Shown one piece after another: positions 10,753 through 19,881 of a DNA stretch of 64,000 bases. How positions within the stretch are numbered: the stretch's first letter is position 1; every line of letters begins with the position of its first letter. Below the pieces are notes generated by a model. It saw nothing but the letters and a program-made list of their open reading frames with translations, searched no databases and was not told the DNA's origin. Origin of the DNA: Bacteroides sp. (GTDB lineage Bacteria; Bacteroidota; Bacteroidia; Bacteroidales; Bacteroidaceae); contig JAVBVD010000008.1 in assembly GCA_031554635.1 (NCBI GenBank), forward strand, positions 23,221-87,220. The letters run 5' to 3'. The position numbers and the translations under genes are program-made.

Positions 10753-12093
10753 ATGGGAGATTCAAAAGCATTTTTAAGCATACACCGCCGGGAGGCAGGA
10801 TACCGCCCCGTGTCGGAACGCATCACCGATTACAGTCAGGTGGAGCAGACACTGAACACGCACGACCGCAAGTTGCAGGCTTCGCGCTGCATGGATTGCG
10901 GAGTGCCTTTCTGCCACTGGGCCTGCCCCATCGGCAATAAACAACCCGAGTGGCAGGACGCCCTCTACCGGGGCAAGTGGGAAGAGGCTTATCGCATCCT
11001 GGCTTCCACGTGCGACTTTCCGGAGTTCACCGGACGCATCTGTCCGGCGCCGTGCGAGAAGAGTTGCGTACTGAAACTGTCGTGCGACGAGCCGGTGACC
11101 ATCCGTGAGAACGAAGTGGCCATCGTCGAAGCGGCTTTCCGCGAAGGCTACATCGAAGTGGTTCAGCCCGTTCGCAACGGTAAGCAGGTAGCCGTCGTCG
11201 GCGCCGGTCCCGCCGGGCTTACCGTGGCCAACCAACTGAACCGCCGGGGATACACAGTCACCGTTTTCGACAAAGCCGAAGCTCCGGGCGGTCTGCTCCG
11301 TTTCGGCATCCCGAACTTCAAGCTCGACAAGGTGGTGATCGACCGCCGCATGAAGTTCCTCGAGGCCGAAGGTATCTGCTTCGAGATGGGTAAAGAGATC
11401 GATCCGGCACACCTGCCCGAAGGATTCGACGCCTACTGTCTTTGCACCGGCGCCGAAACCCCACGCGACCTTCCCATCGCCGGACGCGAACTGAAAGGTA
11501 TCTACTACGCCCTGGAGATGCTGGCGCAGCAGAACCGCATCATCGAGGGGCAATCGTTTACCCAAGACCAGTTAATACATGCCAAGGGCAAGAAAGTGCT
11601 TGTCATTGGCGGTGGTGATACAGGATCGGACTGCATCGGCACTTCCGTTCGTCACGGCGCTGCATCCGTCACCCAGATCGAAATTCTGCCTAAACCTCCT
11701 GTCGGCCACAACCCGGAGACACCTTGGCCTTGTTGGCCCAATGTGCTGAAAACCACTTCCAGTCATGAGGAAGGGTGTACCCGGCGTTGGTCGCTTGCCT
11801 CCACCCGCTTCCTTGGCAAGGATGGTAAAGTAACGGGGGTTGAGGTGGAAGAAGTGGAATGGCATCCCGATGGTGAGAGTGGTCGCATGGTGATGAAACC
11901 CACCGGACGGAAAGAAGTGATCGAGGCCAATATGATACTGCTCGCCATGGGTTTCCTCCAACCTGAACAACCCCTTTTTCCGGAGAATGTGTTTCTGGCA
12001 GGAGATGCGTCCACGGGAGCCAGCCTGGTGGTGCGTGCCATGGCAGGAGGACGCCAAGCGGCAGCAGAGATCGATTGTTATTTGCAATCTTGA
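10753..12093 (+). CDS. gltD: Glutamate synthase small subunit
   Basis: RCMDCGVPFCHWACP, GRICPAPCE, GAGPAG, GGGDTGSDC. Confidence 0.97.
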   Translation: MGDSKAFLSIHRREAGYRPVSERITDYSQVEQTLNTHDRKLQASRCMDCGVPFCHWACPIGNKQPEWQDALYRGKWEEAYRILASTCDFPEFTGRICPAPCEKSCVLKLSCDEPVTIRENEVAIVEAAFREGYIEVVQPVRNGKQVAVVGAGPAGLTVANQLNRRGYTVTVFDKAEAPGGLLRFGIPNFKLDKVVIDRRMKFLEAEGICFEMGKEIDPAHLPEGFDAYCLCTGAETPRDLPIAGRELKGIYYALEMLAQQNRIIEGQSFTQDQLIHAKGKKVLVIGGGDTGSDCIGTSVRHGAASVTQIEILPKPPVGHNPETPWPCWPNVLKTTSSHEEGCTRRWSLASTRFLGKDGKVTGVEVEEVEWHPDGESGRMVMKPTGRKEVIEANMILLAMGFLQPEQPLFPENVFLAGDASTGASLVVRAMAGGRQAAAEIDCYLQS

Positions 12094-12123
12094 CCAAATC
12101 GTTTAATTATAAATCTAAAAATC

Positions 12124-13830
12124 ATGTGTGGAATAGTCGGAATCTTCAACATACAAACTCAGACAGATGAGTTGCGTGCCAAAGCTTTACGCATGGCACG
12201 GAAAATACGTCACCGTGGTCCGGACTGGAGCGGTATCTATTGCGGCGGAAGCGCCATACTGGCACACGAACGCCTATCAATCGTCGATCCGCAAAGTGGC
12301 GGGCAACCGCTCTACAGCCCCGATCGCAAAGTAGTACTGGCCGTCAACGGTGAGATATACAACCATCGCGATATCCGTGCACGATATACCGGTATGTCTG
12401 CGCATCAAACCGGTGGATCCGAATCTCCAACCAGAACGTACGAGTTCCAAACCGGGTCGGACTGTGAAGTGATCCTTGCTCTCTACCGTGACAAAGGCAT
12501 TGACTTCCTCGAAGACCTCAGCGGCATCTTCGCCTTTGCACTCTACGACGAAGAACGCGACGAGTTCCTTATCGCCCGCGATCCCATCGGCGTTATACCT
12601 TTATATATAGGTAAGGACAGCGACGGAAAAGTGTACGTAGCTTCCGAGCTGAAAGCCCTCGAAAGCTTCTGTGAGCAGTACGAACCTTTCCTCCCCGGGC
12701 ATTACTATTACAGCCGCGAGGGCGAGATGAAACGCTGGTACACCCGCGACTGGACGGACTATAACGCCGTAAAGGACAACCCTGCCCGAACCGCCGATGT
12801 GCGCGACTCCTTGCAGAAAGCCGTACAACGGCAACTGATGAGCGATGTGCCCTACGGCGTGCTGCTCAGCGGCGGACTCGACTCGTCGGTTATCTCCGCC
12901 ATCGCCAAGCAATACGCTGCCAAGCGCATTGAAACCGATGGCAACAGCGATGCCTGGTGGCCGCAACTGCACTCATTTGCCATCGGACTGAAAGATGCCC
13001 CCGATCTGGTGAAAGCCCGTGAAGTGGCTGAGTACATCGGAACGGTGCATCACGAAATAACCTATACCATTCAGGAAGGGCTCGACGCACTGCGCGATGT
13101 TATCTACTTCATCGAAACCTACGACGTGACTACCGTTCGCGCCTCTACCCCGATGTACCTGTTGGGACGCGTCATCAAGTCGATGGGAATCAAGATGGTG
13201 CTGAGCGGCGAAGGAGCCGACGAGATTTTCGGCGGTTACCTGTACTTCCACAAAGCGCCCGATGCCCGTTCGTTCCACGAAGAAACGGTACGCAAGCTCT
13301 CGAAACTGCATATGTACGACTGTCTGCGGGCCAATAAGAGTCTCTCGGCCTGGGGTGTGGAAGGTAGGGTGCCTTTCCTCGACAAGGAGTTCCTGGACGT
13401 AGCCATGCGTCTGAATCCCGCTTCGAAGATGGCTCCCGGCAAAACCATCGAGAAGAAAATTGTGCGTGAAGCCTTTGCCGATATGTTGCCCGAAAGCGTG
13501 GCATGGCGGCAGAAAGAACAGTTCAGTGATGGCGTAGGCTACTCGTGGATCGACACGCTGAAAGCGCTGACCGCCGCAGCTGTGAGCGACCGTCAGATGG
13601 AGCAGGCTGCCGAGCGATTCCCCATCAATACGCCGATGAACAAGGAGGAGTATTACTACCGTAGCATATTCGAGGAACATTTTCCAAGCGAATGTGCTGC
13701 ACGGAGTGTACCCAGTGTGCCGAGTGTGGCTTGCTCCACCGCCGAAGCGCTGGCCTGGGACGCGGCATTCAGTCGCCTGAACGATCCCAGCGGACGAGCG
13801 GTGGCAGGTGTTCATGAAGTAGCTTACTAG
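12124..13830 (+). CDS. asnB: Asparagine synthetase B
   Basis: MCGIVG, HRGPDW, LSGGLDSS, SGEGADE, WRQKEQFSDGVG. Confidence 0.97.
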   Translation: MCGIVGIFNIQTQTDELRAKALRMARKIRHRGPDWSGIYCGGSAILAHERLSIVDPQSGGQPLYSPDRKVVLAVNGEIYNHRDIRARYTGMSAHQTGGSESPTRTYEFQTGSDCEVILALYRDKGIDFLEDLSGIFAFALYDEERDEFLIARDPIGVIPLYIGKDSDGKVYVASELKALESFCEQYEPFLPGHYYYSREGEMKRWYTRDWTDYNAVKDNPARTADVRDSLQKAVQRQLMSDVPYGVLLSGGLDSSVISAIAKQYAAKRIETDGNSDAWWPQLHSFAIGLKDAPDLVKAREVAEYIGTVHHEITYTIQEGLDALRDVIYFIETYDVTTVRASTPMYLLGRVIKSMGIKMVLSGEGADEIFGGYLYFHKAPDARSFHEETVRKLSKLHMYDCLRANKSLSAWGVEGRVPFLDKEFLDVAMRLNPASKMAPGKTIEKKIVREAFADMLPESVAWRQKEQFSDGVGYSWIDTLKALTAAAVSDRQMEQAAERFPINTPMNKEEYYYRSIFEEHFPSECAARSVPSVPSVACSTAEALAWDAAFSRLNDPSGRAVAGVHEVAY

Positions 13831-13860
13831 AGCGATAGCAGGTGTGAATTAAGAATGTAA

Positions 13861-13920
13861 CATGGTACGGAAAAGTACTGCCCAGTGCGGGTGGTAAGTT
13901 TGGTCGTACCATGATTTTTT
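13861..13920 (+). terminator. Long hairpin downstream of asnB (terminator-like)
   Basis: CATGGTACG...CGTACCATG outer stem, inner TACTGCCC/GGGTGGTA, then T-tract. Confidence 0.55.
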
Positions 13921-13987
13921 ACCCAAAAGTAGTTCGGTGCATCTTTTTTTGTTTAATTTTGTTGTATCAACAAAACTTGATTGTCTT

Positions 13988-14764
13988 ATGAAGATTCAAC
14001 AAATGATTGCTATTACAGCTCTTTGCCTATGCGCCGGTAGCGCTCTTGCCCAAACCCAGGTCATCGCCCACCGTGGTTATTGGAAAACCAAAGGGTCGGC
14101 ACAAAACAGTATTACTTCTCTTTTAAAGGCCGACTCCATCGGTTGTTATGGTTGCGAGTTCGACGTATGGCTGGCTGCCGACGACCAATTGGTGGTCAAC
14201 CACGATCCCACGTACGGCGGAAAGGACATGGAACGTTCTCCCTCTACCATACTGACCACCCTGACGTTGGACAACGGTGAGAACCTCCCTACCCTGGCTA
14301 AATTCCTGGGCACCGCCCAATCCCTTCAAACACGCCTGATACTCGAACTAAAGCAACACAGCAGCCCCGAACGCGAAACGGAAGCTGTTCAGCGTATCGT
14401 GGCAAAAGTTCGGAAGCTCGGACTGGAAAACCGCATGGAATACATTTCATTCTCGCAACATGCCGTGAAGGAGTTCATCCGGTTGGTACCTGCCGGAACG
14501 CCGGTGTATTACCTGGAAGGCGACCTCACTCCGCAACAGCTGAAAGACATGGGATGCGCCGGTGCCGACTACAACCTGAGCGTGTTTCGCAAACACCCCG
14601 AATGGATCGATCAATGCCATACACTCGGAATGAAGGTCAATGTATGGACCGTGAACAAAGCTCCGGACATGCAGTGGCTTATCAAAAATAAGGTGGATTT
14701 CATTACGACCAATGAACCGGTGCTTTTACAAGAAATATTGACCAAAAATATTACAAATCGTTAA
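13988..14764 (+). CDS. Secreted glycerophosphodiester phosphodiesterase family protein
   Basis: Signal peptide, VIAHRG, EFDVW, VNHD, VWTVN, ITTN motifs; start refined to ATG 13988. Confidence 0.9.
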   Translation: MKIQQMIAITALCLCAGSALAQTQVIAHRGYWKTKGSAQNSITSLLKADSIGCYGCEFDVWLAADDQLVVNHDPTYGGKDMERSPSTILTTLTLDNGENLPTLAKFLGTAQSLQTRLILELKQHSSPERETEAVQRIVAKVRKLGLENRMEYISFSQHAVKEFIRLVPAGTPVYYLEGDLTPQQLKDMGCAGADYNLSVFRKHPEWIDQCHTLGMKVNVWTVNKAPDMQWLIKNKVDFITTNEPVLLQEILTKNITNR

Positions 14765-14840
14765 TGCTGCCGTGTAAACCGTTAACGAACACGGCGATGT
14801 GTTAAACAATGCTATAAAACAATTGAAAATCAGCGAAGAG

Positions 14841-14871
14841 TTTGCAGATTTCACAGGAATCCTTACCTTTG
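14841..14871 (+). promoter_or_regulatory. Complete Bacteroidetes promoter driving a small RNA
   Basis: TTTG (14841-14844), 19-nt spacer, TACCTTTG (14864-14871). Confidence 0.8.
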
Positions 14872-14873
14872 CA

Positions 14874-14943
14874 ATGTGTTTTTCATAGTATTAGATTTAA
14901 GGTTAACAAAAGATTGGCTGTCTGTGATAGATAGCCTTTTTTT
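14874..14943 (+). ncRNA. Stand-alone small RNA, ~68 nt; resembles the multi-copy Bacteroides paralogous sRNA family (FopS-like, from memory)
   Basis: Consensus promoter directly upstream, AU-rich body, hairpin GGCTGTCT/AGATAGCC (14916-14936) plus U7. Confidence 0.7.
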
Positions 14944-14958
14944 ATGCCCTTTTGTTTC

Positions 14959-15261
14959 CTATTTTTCTTTCGTTTCCTTTACTGTCTTTGCTTCGTATTT
15001 GAACTTCTTGAAACCGGCTTGTAGTTTCGCCACGTCAGTCTTCTCGGCATCATACTTAATTTCTACCGTCTTGTCTTTCAGATTTGTCTTTATTTCCTTC
15101 AAGCCCTTTTCGAACTTCATGTTGTTCTGCACCTTGCGTTCGCAGTTCTCGCAGTGCATCTGATCTACCTGGAATACTACCGTGCGGATGTCCTTTGCCA
15201 TCACCGTGACGGCGCTTACAAAAGCCATTGCCAGAATGGCTATACTTCTTTTTGCTTTCAT
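14959..15261 (-). CDS. Periplasmic heavy-metal-associated (HMA) domain protein
   Basis: Signal peptide then MHCENC (MxCxxC) motif. Confidence 0.88.
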   Translation of the reverse strand: MKAKRSIAILAMAFVSAVTVMAKDIRTVVFQVDQMHCENCERKVQNNMKFEKGLKEIKTNLKDKTVEIKYDAEKTDVAKLQAGFKKFKYEAKTVKETKEK

Positions 15262-15326
15262 ATTCTTCACTTTTATAGATTGATTATTCTTTGTCTTAAT
15301 GTTGTATCCCTTTTTCTTGAAGGAGA

Positions 15327-17558
15327 TTATATTCTCGGTACGTTGAAGCGTACGCCGATGTATGCCTTGGCTCCATGTATCGGTCCCCAGATCATGGTCG
15401 AATCAAAATTTTCTCCCCACGGGTTGGCGGCATCGATGATCGGGTTCTTTTGCTTGAAGTTGGTGAGGTTCTCACCCCCCACATAGATGGACCAATGACG
15501 GAAGTAGCGGGTGACCTGTGCACTAAGCTGTTCGAACGAACCGTAGCGGGCTTCCCATGACGGGGCACCGTTCAGCGTGTAAGCCGTCGGCATTCGTCCG
15601 CCTCCGTTGAGTTGAAGCGTGGCATCGAATTGCCACAGCCCGAGGGGTGTTTGGTACGAAGCGGTGAGCAGACCTTTGTATTTGCTCGTGAGCGGCTTTT
15701 CCATCAGCTTTCCCTGGATGGTGGTTTTCACGTCCGTGAGGCGCCAGGCGGCAGTCAGCGTGAATCCCTTGAAGAACGGGTAGCTCGCTTCGGTCTGGAA
15801 CACCTGTGAGTACGAACGTCCGTCGAGATTGCCGAACGATACCTGGTGCGGGTCAGAGTCCATATCCACCACCATCTGGTTGATGAAATCAGTATAGTAA
15901 TACTCCACGTTGAAGGTGAGTGTATTTCCAAAAATGGGCAGGTATGTGGCGATGCTGGCGCCATAGTTCCAGGCTTCTTCCTGTTTCAGGCGATCGGCGA
16001 TCAGCACCTGGCGACTGCTGGCGAGCAGGTAGTTGTTCTCTGCCAATACCTGGTTGCTGCGATATCCCTTTCCGGCCGAAAGGCGGAAGTTGAAGTATTC
16101 GTTGGGGTTGTATTTGATGTGTGCCCGGGGAGTGACAAAGAAGCCGTACTCGCTGCTGTGGTCGGCCCGGAGACCACCCATCAGCACCCACTTATTGTTC
16201 CAGTTATAGGTGTATTGTACAAATCCTCCGAAAACCGATTCACGGGCAAAGTTGTTCGTGAGTGGTTCGTTGGTATTGTTGGTCAGGCGGTATTGCTGGT
16301 CGAAGCCGTCGTAGTTGTAGCTTAGCCCGGTAGAAATAGTATGATGCTTGCTCACTTCGGTCTCGAAAAGCAGGGAAGCGTAGGCGTTTGACTCGTCCAC
16401 ATTGTACAGCTTGTGTCCGTATGCCGCATCCTGGTTGTGTAATGTTCCCTGGAGAATAAGCGCCAGGTTGGTATTCTTCTCCTTGTTAAATATATAAGCG
16501 TTCTTGGTGAAGAACTCGTAACGGTCCGTTTGGATGCCGATTTTATACGGATCATCCATTGCATCCATTTGTCCGTTGTGGTTCACCTGTCCGCTGTTTC
16601 GTGTTTCGGATAGGGCTTTGATGCCTGCCTGAAACACATAATGATCGCCCATATACGCCCAACGGTTCCATACGTTGTACTGTTCCACCTGGGGAATATC
16701 GGCAAACCCATCGTTATTAGCATCGTGCGCTTTGGTCTCGTTCTCGTAGTGTGCCAGTAGCGAAGTGCTCCAGCGCTTGGAGAGTTTCAGCGTGGCATCG
16801 GCATTGGCTTCGTAGCGTTCGGTGCTGCTGGCAAAGAAGTTGGCCGACACCCAATCGGCCTCTGGCAATTGCGGTTTCTTGAATTCCACGTTGATCTGTC
16901 CGGTGATCGATTCGTAGCCGTTCTTCACCGACGAACTGCCCTTGCTTACCTGTATGCTTTGCATCCATGGCCCGGGTACATAACCCAGACCATAGGGTGC
17001 GGCGGCTCCCCGGTAGTTGGGTATGTTCTCAGTCATCATCTGCACGTATGTACCCGATAGTCCCAGGAGCTTGATCTGTTTCGCTCCTGTGGCGGCATCG
17101 GAATAACTCACATCTACAGATGGATTGGTGGTGAAGCTTTCGCCCAGGTTGCAACAGGCGGCACGGCTTAACTCGGTACTGCTTATGATATCCTCGTTCA
17201 ATACACTGTTGCGAAGTTTCAATGTTCCCAGTTTTCTGCTGACGACCTGTACTTCGCCCAGTTCCACCCCTTCGCGGAGTACTACATGTATTTCTTTTTC
17301 GTTCTTGTCTATCTGAATGGTGTCACCGGCATAACCGATGCAATTGAACACGAGTCGCTTCCCGTGAAATGGACGGTTGATGGTAAATTTACCTTCGGTA
17401 TTGGTGACTACTCCCGGACCGGTGTGCATCCAATGCACATGTACCCCTGGGAGCGGTTCGCCCGTTCCGTCTTTCACCGTTCCCTGTATTTGCGCTTCTG
17501 CCCGCAGTATTCCCAAAACAGCCAGCAGAGCGGTCAGAATGTAATGATATCTCTTCAT
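15327..17558 (-). CDS. TonB-dependent receptor, probable metal transporter
   Basis: Signal peptide, N-terminal carboxypeptidase-regulatory-like domain, plug with RAACCNLGESF, barrel ending YIGVRF; adjacent HMA gene. Confidence 0.88.
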   Translation of the reverse strand: MKRYHYILTALLAVLGILRAEAQIQGTVKDGTGEPLPGVHVHWMHTGPGVVTNTEGKFTINRPFHGKRLVFNCIGYAGDTIQIDKNEKEIHVVLREGVELGEVQVVSRKLGTLKLRNSVLNEDIISSTELSRAACCNLGESFTTNPSVDVSYSDAATGAKQIKLLGLSGTYVQMMTENIPNYRGAAAPYGLGYVPGPWMQSIQVSKGSSSVKNGYESITGQINVEFKKPQLPEADWVSANFFASSTERYEANADATLKLSKRWSTSLLAHYENETKAHDANNDGFADIPQVEQYNVWNRWAYMGDHYVFQAGIKALSETRNSGQVNHNGQMDAMDDPYKIGIQTDRYEFFTKNAYIFNKEKNTNLALILQGTLHNQDAAYGHKLYNVDESNAYASLLFETEVSKHHTISTGLSYNYDGFDQQYRLTNNTNEPLTNNFARESVFGGFVQYTYNWNNKWVLMGGLRADHSSEYGFFVTPRAHIKYNPNEYFNFRLSAGKGYRSNQVLAENNYLLASSRQVLIADRLKQEEAWNYGASIATYLPIFGNTLTFNVEYYYTDFINQMVVDMDSDPHQVSFGNLDGRSYSQVFQTEASYPFFKGFTLTAAWRLTDVKTTIQGKLMEKPLTSKYKGLLTASYQTPLGLWQFDATLQLNGGGRMPTAYTLNGAPSWEARYGSFEQLSAQVTRYFRHWSIYVGGENLTNFKQKNPIIDAANPWGENFDSTMIWGPIHGAKAYIGVRFNVPRI

Positions 17559-17696
17559 ATAGCGTACAAATATAGCGAGTTTAAAGAGCATGAAGGTATA
17601 ATATTTCCTTTTTTATTAGTCGCTTTCGTTAATATGTTATATATTTGTCGATAAAGTACGACAGCTGTTTTGTTGTATGATTAAACAAAGTGCCCA

Positions 17697-18548
17697 ATGA
17701 AAAAGCAATATGTCAGCCTGCTCGCCGTTCTGCTTTCGGCCAGCGGAGTTTTCTTTTCTTGCGGTGACAAGAAGAAAAATGTAGGCGAATTGAAATTCGA
17801 TAGTATTTCCGTCAACCAAACGACGCACCTCTTCGGCGACACTGCCTGCCCGGCCAGTAACCTGACCATCGAATTGGTTTATCCCACCCAGGCTTCGGAC
17901 GAGGAGCTGAAAGATACCCTTACTTCGTACATCCTTACCGCCTGCTTCCGCGATAAATATACCGGCGGACAACCCCAGGAAGTAGTTAAAGCGTATACTC
18001 AGTTCTACGTGGACGATTATCTCCGCAGCCTGGAACCGGTATACAAGGAAGACCTGAAAAATAATTCGGATAAAAACATGGTTGGCTCCTGGTATTCGTA
18101 CTACAAGCATCTTCACGGCAGTGTGCAGTATTATGCGCAAGACTTGCTGGTTTACAAAGTACATACCGAAGAATATACCGGCGGAGCGCACGGCATGTAT
18201 ACCACAAACTTCTTCAACATGGACCTGAACACACTGCGCCTGTTGCAGCTGGACGATCTGTTTGGCGTGCCCGACTATCACGAAATCGTTACCGACCTTA
18301 TCTGGAATCAGCTTATGGCGATGCACAATGTGACCAGCCACGAAGCGCTGGAAGACTTGGGTTACGGTGTGAACGGCGAGGTGGCTCCCACGGAAAATTT
18401 CTACCTGAGTGCCGAAGGCATTACCTTTTATTATAACGTATACGATATAGCCCCCTACTCCAACGGGCCGGTATCAGTGACTATCCCCTTCGTCATGATG
18501 ACAAAGATCCTGAGTACGCATCCTGTACTCAAAGAATTGCAGAACTAA
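17697..18548 (+). CDS. RsiV/DUF3298-DUF4163 family lipoprotein
   Basis: Lipobox FFSC; EYTGGAHG and FYYNVYDIAPY motifs. Confidence 0.85.
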   Translation: MKKQYVSLLAVLLSASGVFFSCGDKKKNVGELKFDSISVNQTTHLFGDTACPASNLTIELVYPTQASDEELKDTLTSYILTACFRDKYTGGQPQEVVKAYTQFYVDDYLRSLEPVYKEDLKNNSDKNMVGSWYSYYKHLHGSVQYYAQDLLVYKVHTEEYTGGAHGMYTTNFFNMDLNTLRLLQLDDLFGVPDYHEIVTDLIWNQLMAMHNVTSHEALEDLGYGVNGEVAPTENFYLSAEGITFYYNVYDIAPYSNGPVSVTIPFVMMTKILSTHPVLKELQN

Positions 18549-18569
18549 AAACGAGCGATCAATTAAAAC

Positions 18570-19190
18570 ATGGACATCATTCTAAGGTATTTTCCGGATC
18601 TGACGGAAAGACAACGCGAACAATTCGCTGCCCTTTACGATTTATATACAGACTGGAATGCTAAAATAAACGTTATCTCGCGTAAGGACATCGAGAACTT
18701 GTACGAACATCATGTACTCCACTCGCTGGGTATTGCAAAGGTGATCCGTTTCCGGCCGGGAACGACGGTCATGGATCTGGGAACCGGAGGCGGATTCCCG
18801 GGTATCCCCCTGGCCATCCTTTTCCCGGAAACCCAATTCCACCTGGTAGACAGCATCGGCAAAAAGGTGAAAGTAGCTACGGAAGTGGCTGCCAGCATCG
18901 GGCTGACGAATGTCACCTTCCGCCATGCACGGGCCGAGGAAGAGAAGCAGTTGTTCGATTTTGTTGTCAGCAGGGCGGTGATGCCGTTGGCGGACCTGAT
19001 CAAGATCGTGAAGAAGAACATTTCGCAGAAACAGCAAAATGCACTGCCCAACGGACTGATCTGCCTCAAAGGCGGGGAGCTGGCCAATGAAACCATGCTC
19101 TTTAAGCATAAAACAACGCTGCACAGCCTGAGCGATGATTTCAATGAGGAGTTTTTCGTAACCAAGAAAGTAGTTTACGTACCATTATAA
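18570..19190 (+). CDS. rsmG: 16S rRNA m7G527 methyltransferase
   Basis: WNAKINVIS, HVLHSL, DLGTGGGFPGIPLAI, VSRAV. Confidence 0.95.
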   Translation: MDIILRYFPDLTERQREQFAALYDLYTDWNAKINVISRKDIENLYEHHVLHSLGIAKVIRFRPGTTVMDLGTGGGFPGIPLAILFPETQFHLVDSIGKKVKVATEVAASIGLTNVTFRHARAEEEKQLFDFVVSRAVMPLADLIKIVKKNISQKQQNALPNGLICLKGGELANETMLFKHKTTLHSLSDDFNEEFFVTKKVVYVPL

Positions 19191-19213
19191 GACAGATACT
19201 AAATAAAGTGAAC

Positions 19214-19855
19214 ATGAAAATAAAAAGATTTGAATTTAATATGTTTCCCGTAAACAGTTATGTGTTATGGGACGAAACCAAAGAAGCTGTGGTGATTGAT
19301 CCGGGATGCTTCTATGAGGAAGAGAAACAAAAACTGAAGAATTTTATTGTCAGTAACGAGTTGAAGCCGGTACATTTGCTCAATACGCATTTGCACCTGG
19401 ACCATATATTCGGCAATCCTTTCATGCTTCAGGAATTCGGGCTGCATGCCCGTGCCAATCAGGCGGATGAATTCTGGTTGGAAAGTGCACCCAAGCAGAG
19501 TCGCATGTTCGGTTTCCAACTGAAAGAAGAGCCGGTAGCGTTGGGCGAGTATCTGCACGACGGTGATATCATCACTTTCGGGAATACCGAACTGGAAGCC
19601 ATCCATGTACCGGGACACTCACCGGGCAGCCTCGTGTTTTACTGTAGGAAGGACAACTGTATGTTTTCCGGCGACGTGCTGTTCCAGGGAAGCATCGGGC
19701 GTGCCGATCTTACGGGAGGCAACTTCGATGAGCTGAAGGAACACATCTGCAGTCGCCTGTTCACCCTGCCTAATGAAACGGTTGTCTACCCCGGTCATGG
19801 CGCTCCTACCACCATCGGCATCGAGAAAGTTGAGAATCCTTTTTTTAGAACTTAA
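19214..19855 (+). CDS. MBL-fold metallo-hydrolase (glyoxalase II-like)
   Basis: THLHLDH, PGHSPG, FSGDVLF, YPGHG. Confidence 0.9.
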   Translation: MKIKRFEFNMFPVNSYVLWDETKEAVVIDPGCFYEEEKQKLKNFIVSNELKPVHLLNTHLHLDHIFGNPFMLQEFGLHARANQADEFWLESAPKQSRMFGFQLKEEPVALGEYLHDGDIITFGNTELEAIHVPGHSPGSLVFYCRKDNCMFSGDVLFQGSIGRADLTGGNFDELKEHICSRLFTLPNETVVYPGHGAPTTIGIEKVENPFFRT

Positions 19856-19881
19856 TATAAAATATTTAAAACCAATCTAAT

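Noticed and set aside
14876-15163. 95-aa plus-strand ORF
   Set aside because: Runs through an intrinsic terminator and is antisense to the HMA gene; better explained as sRNA plus shadow frame
19856-19881. Glycine riboswitch upstream of gcvP
   Set aside because: Intergenic gap is only 26 nt
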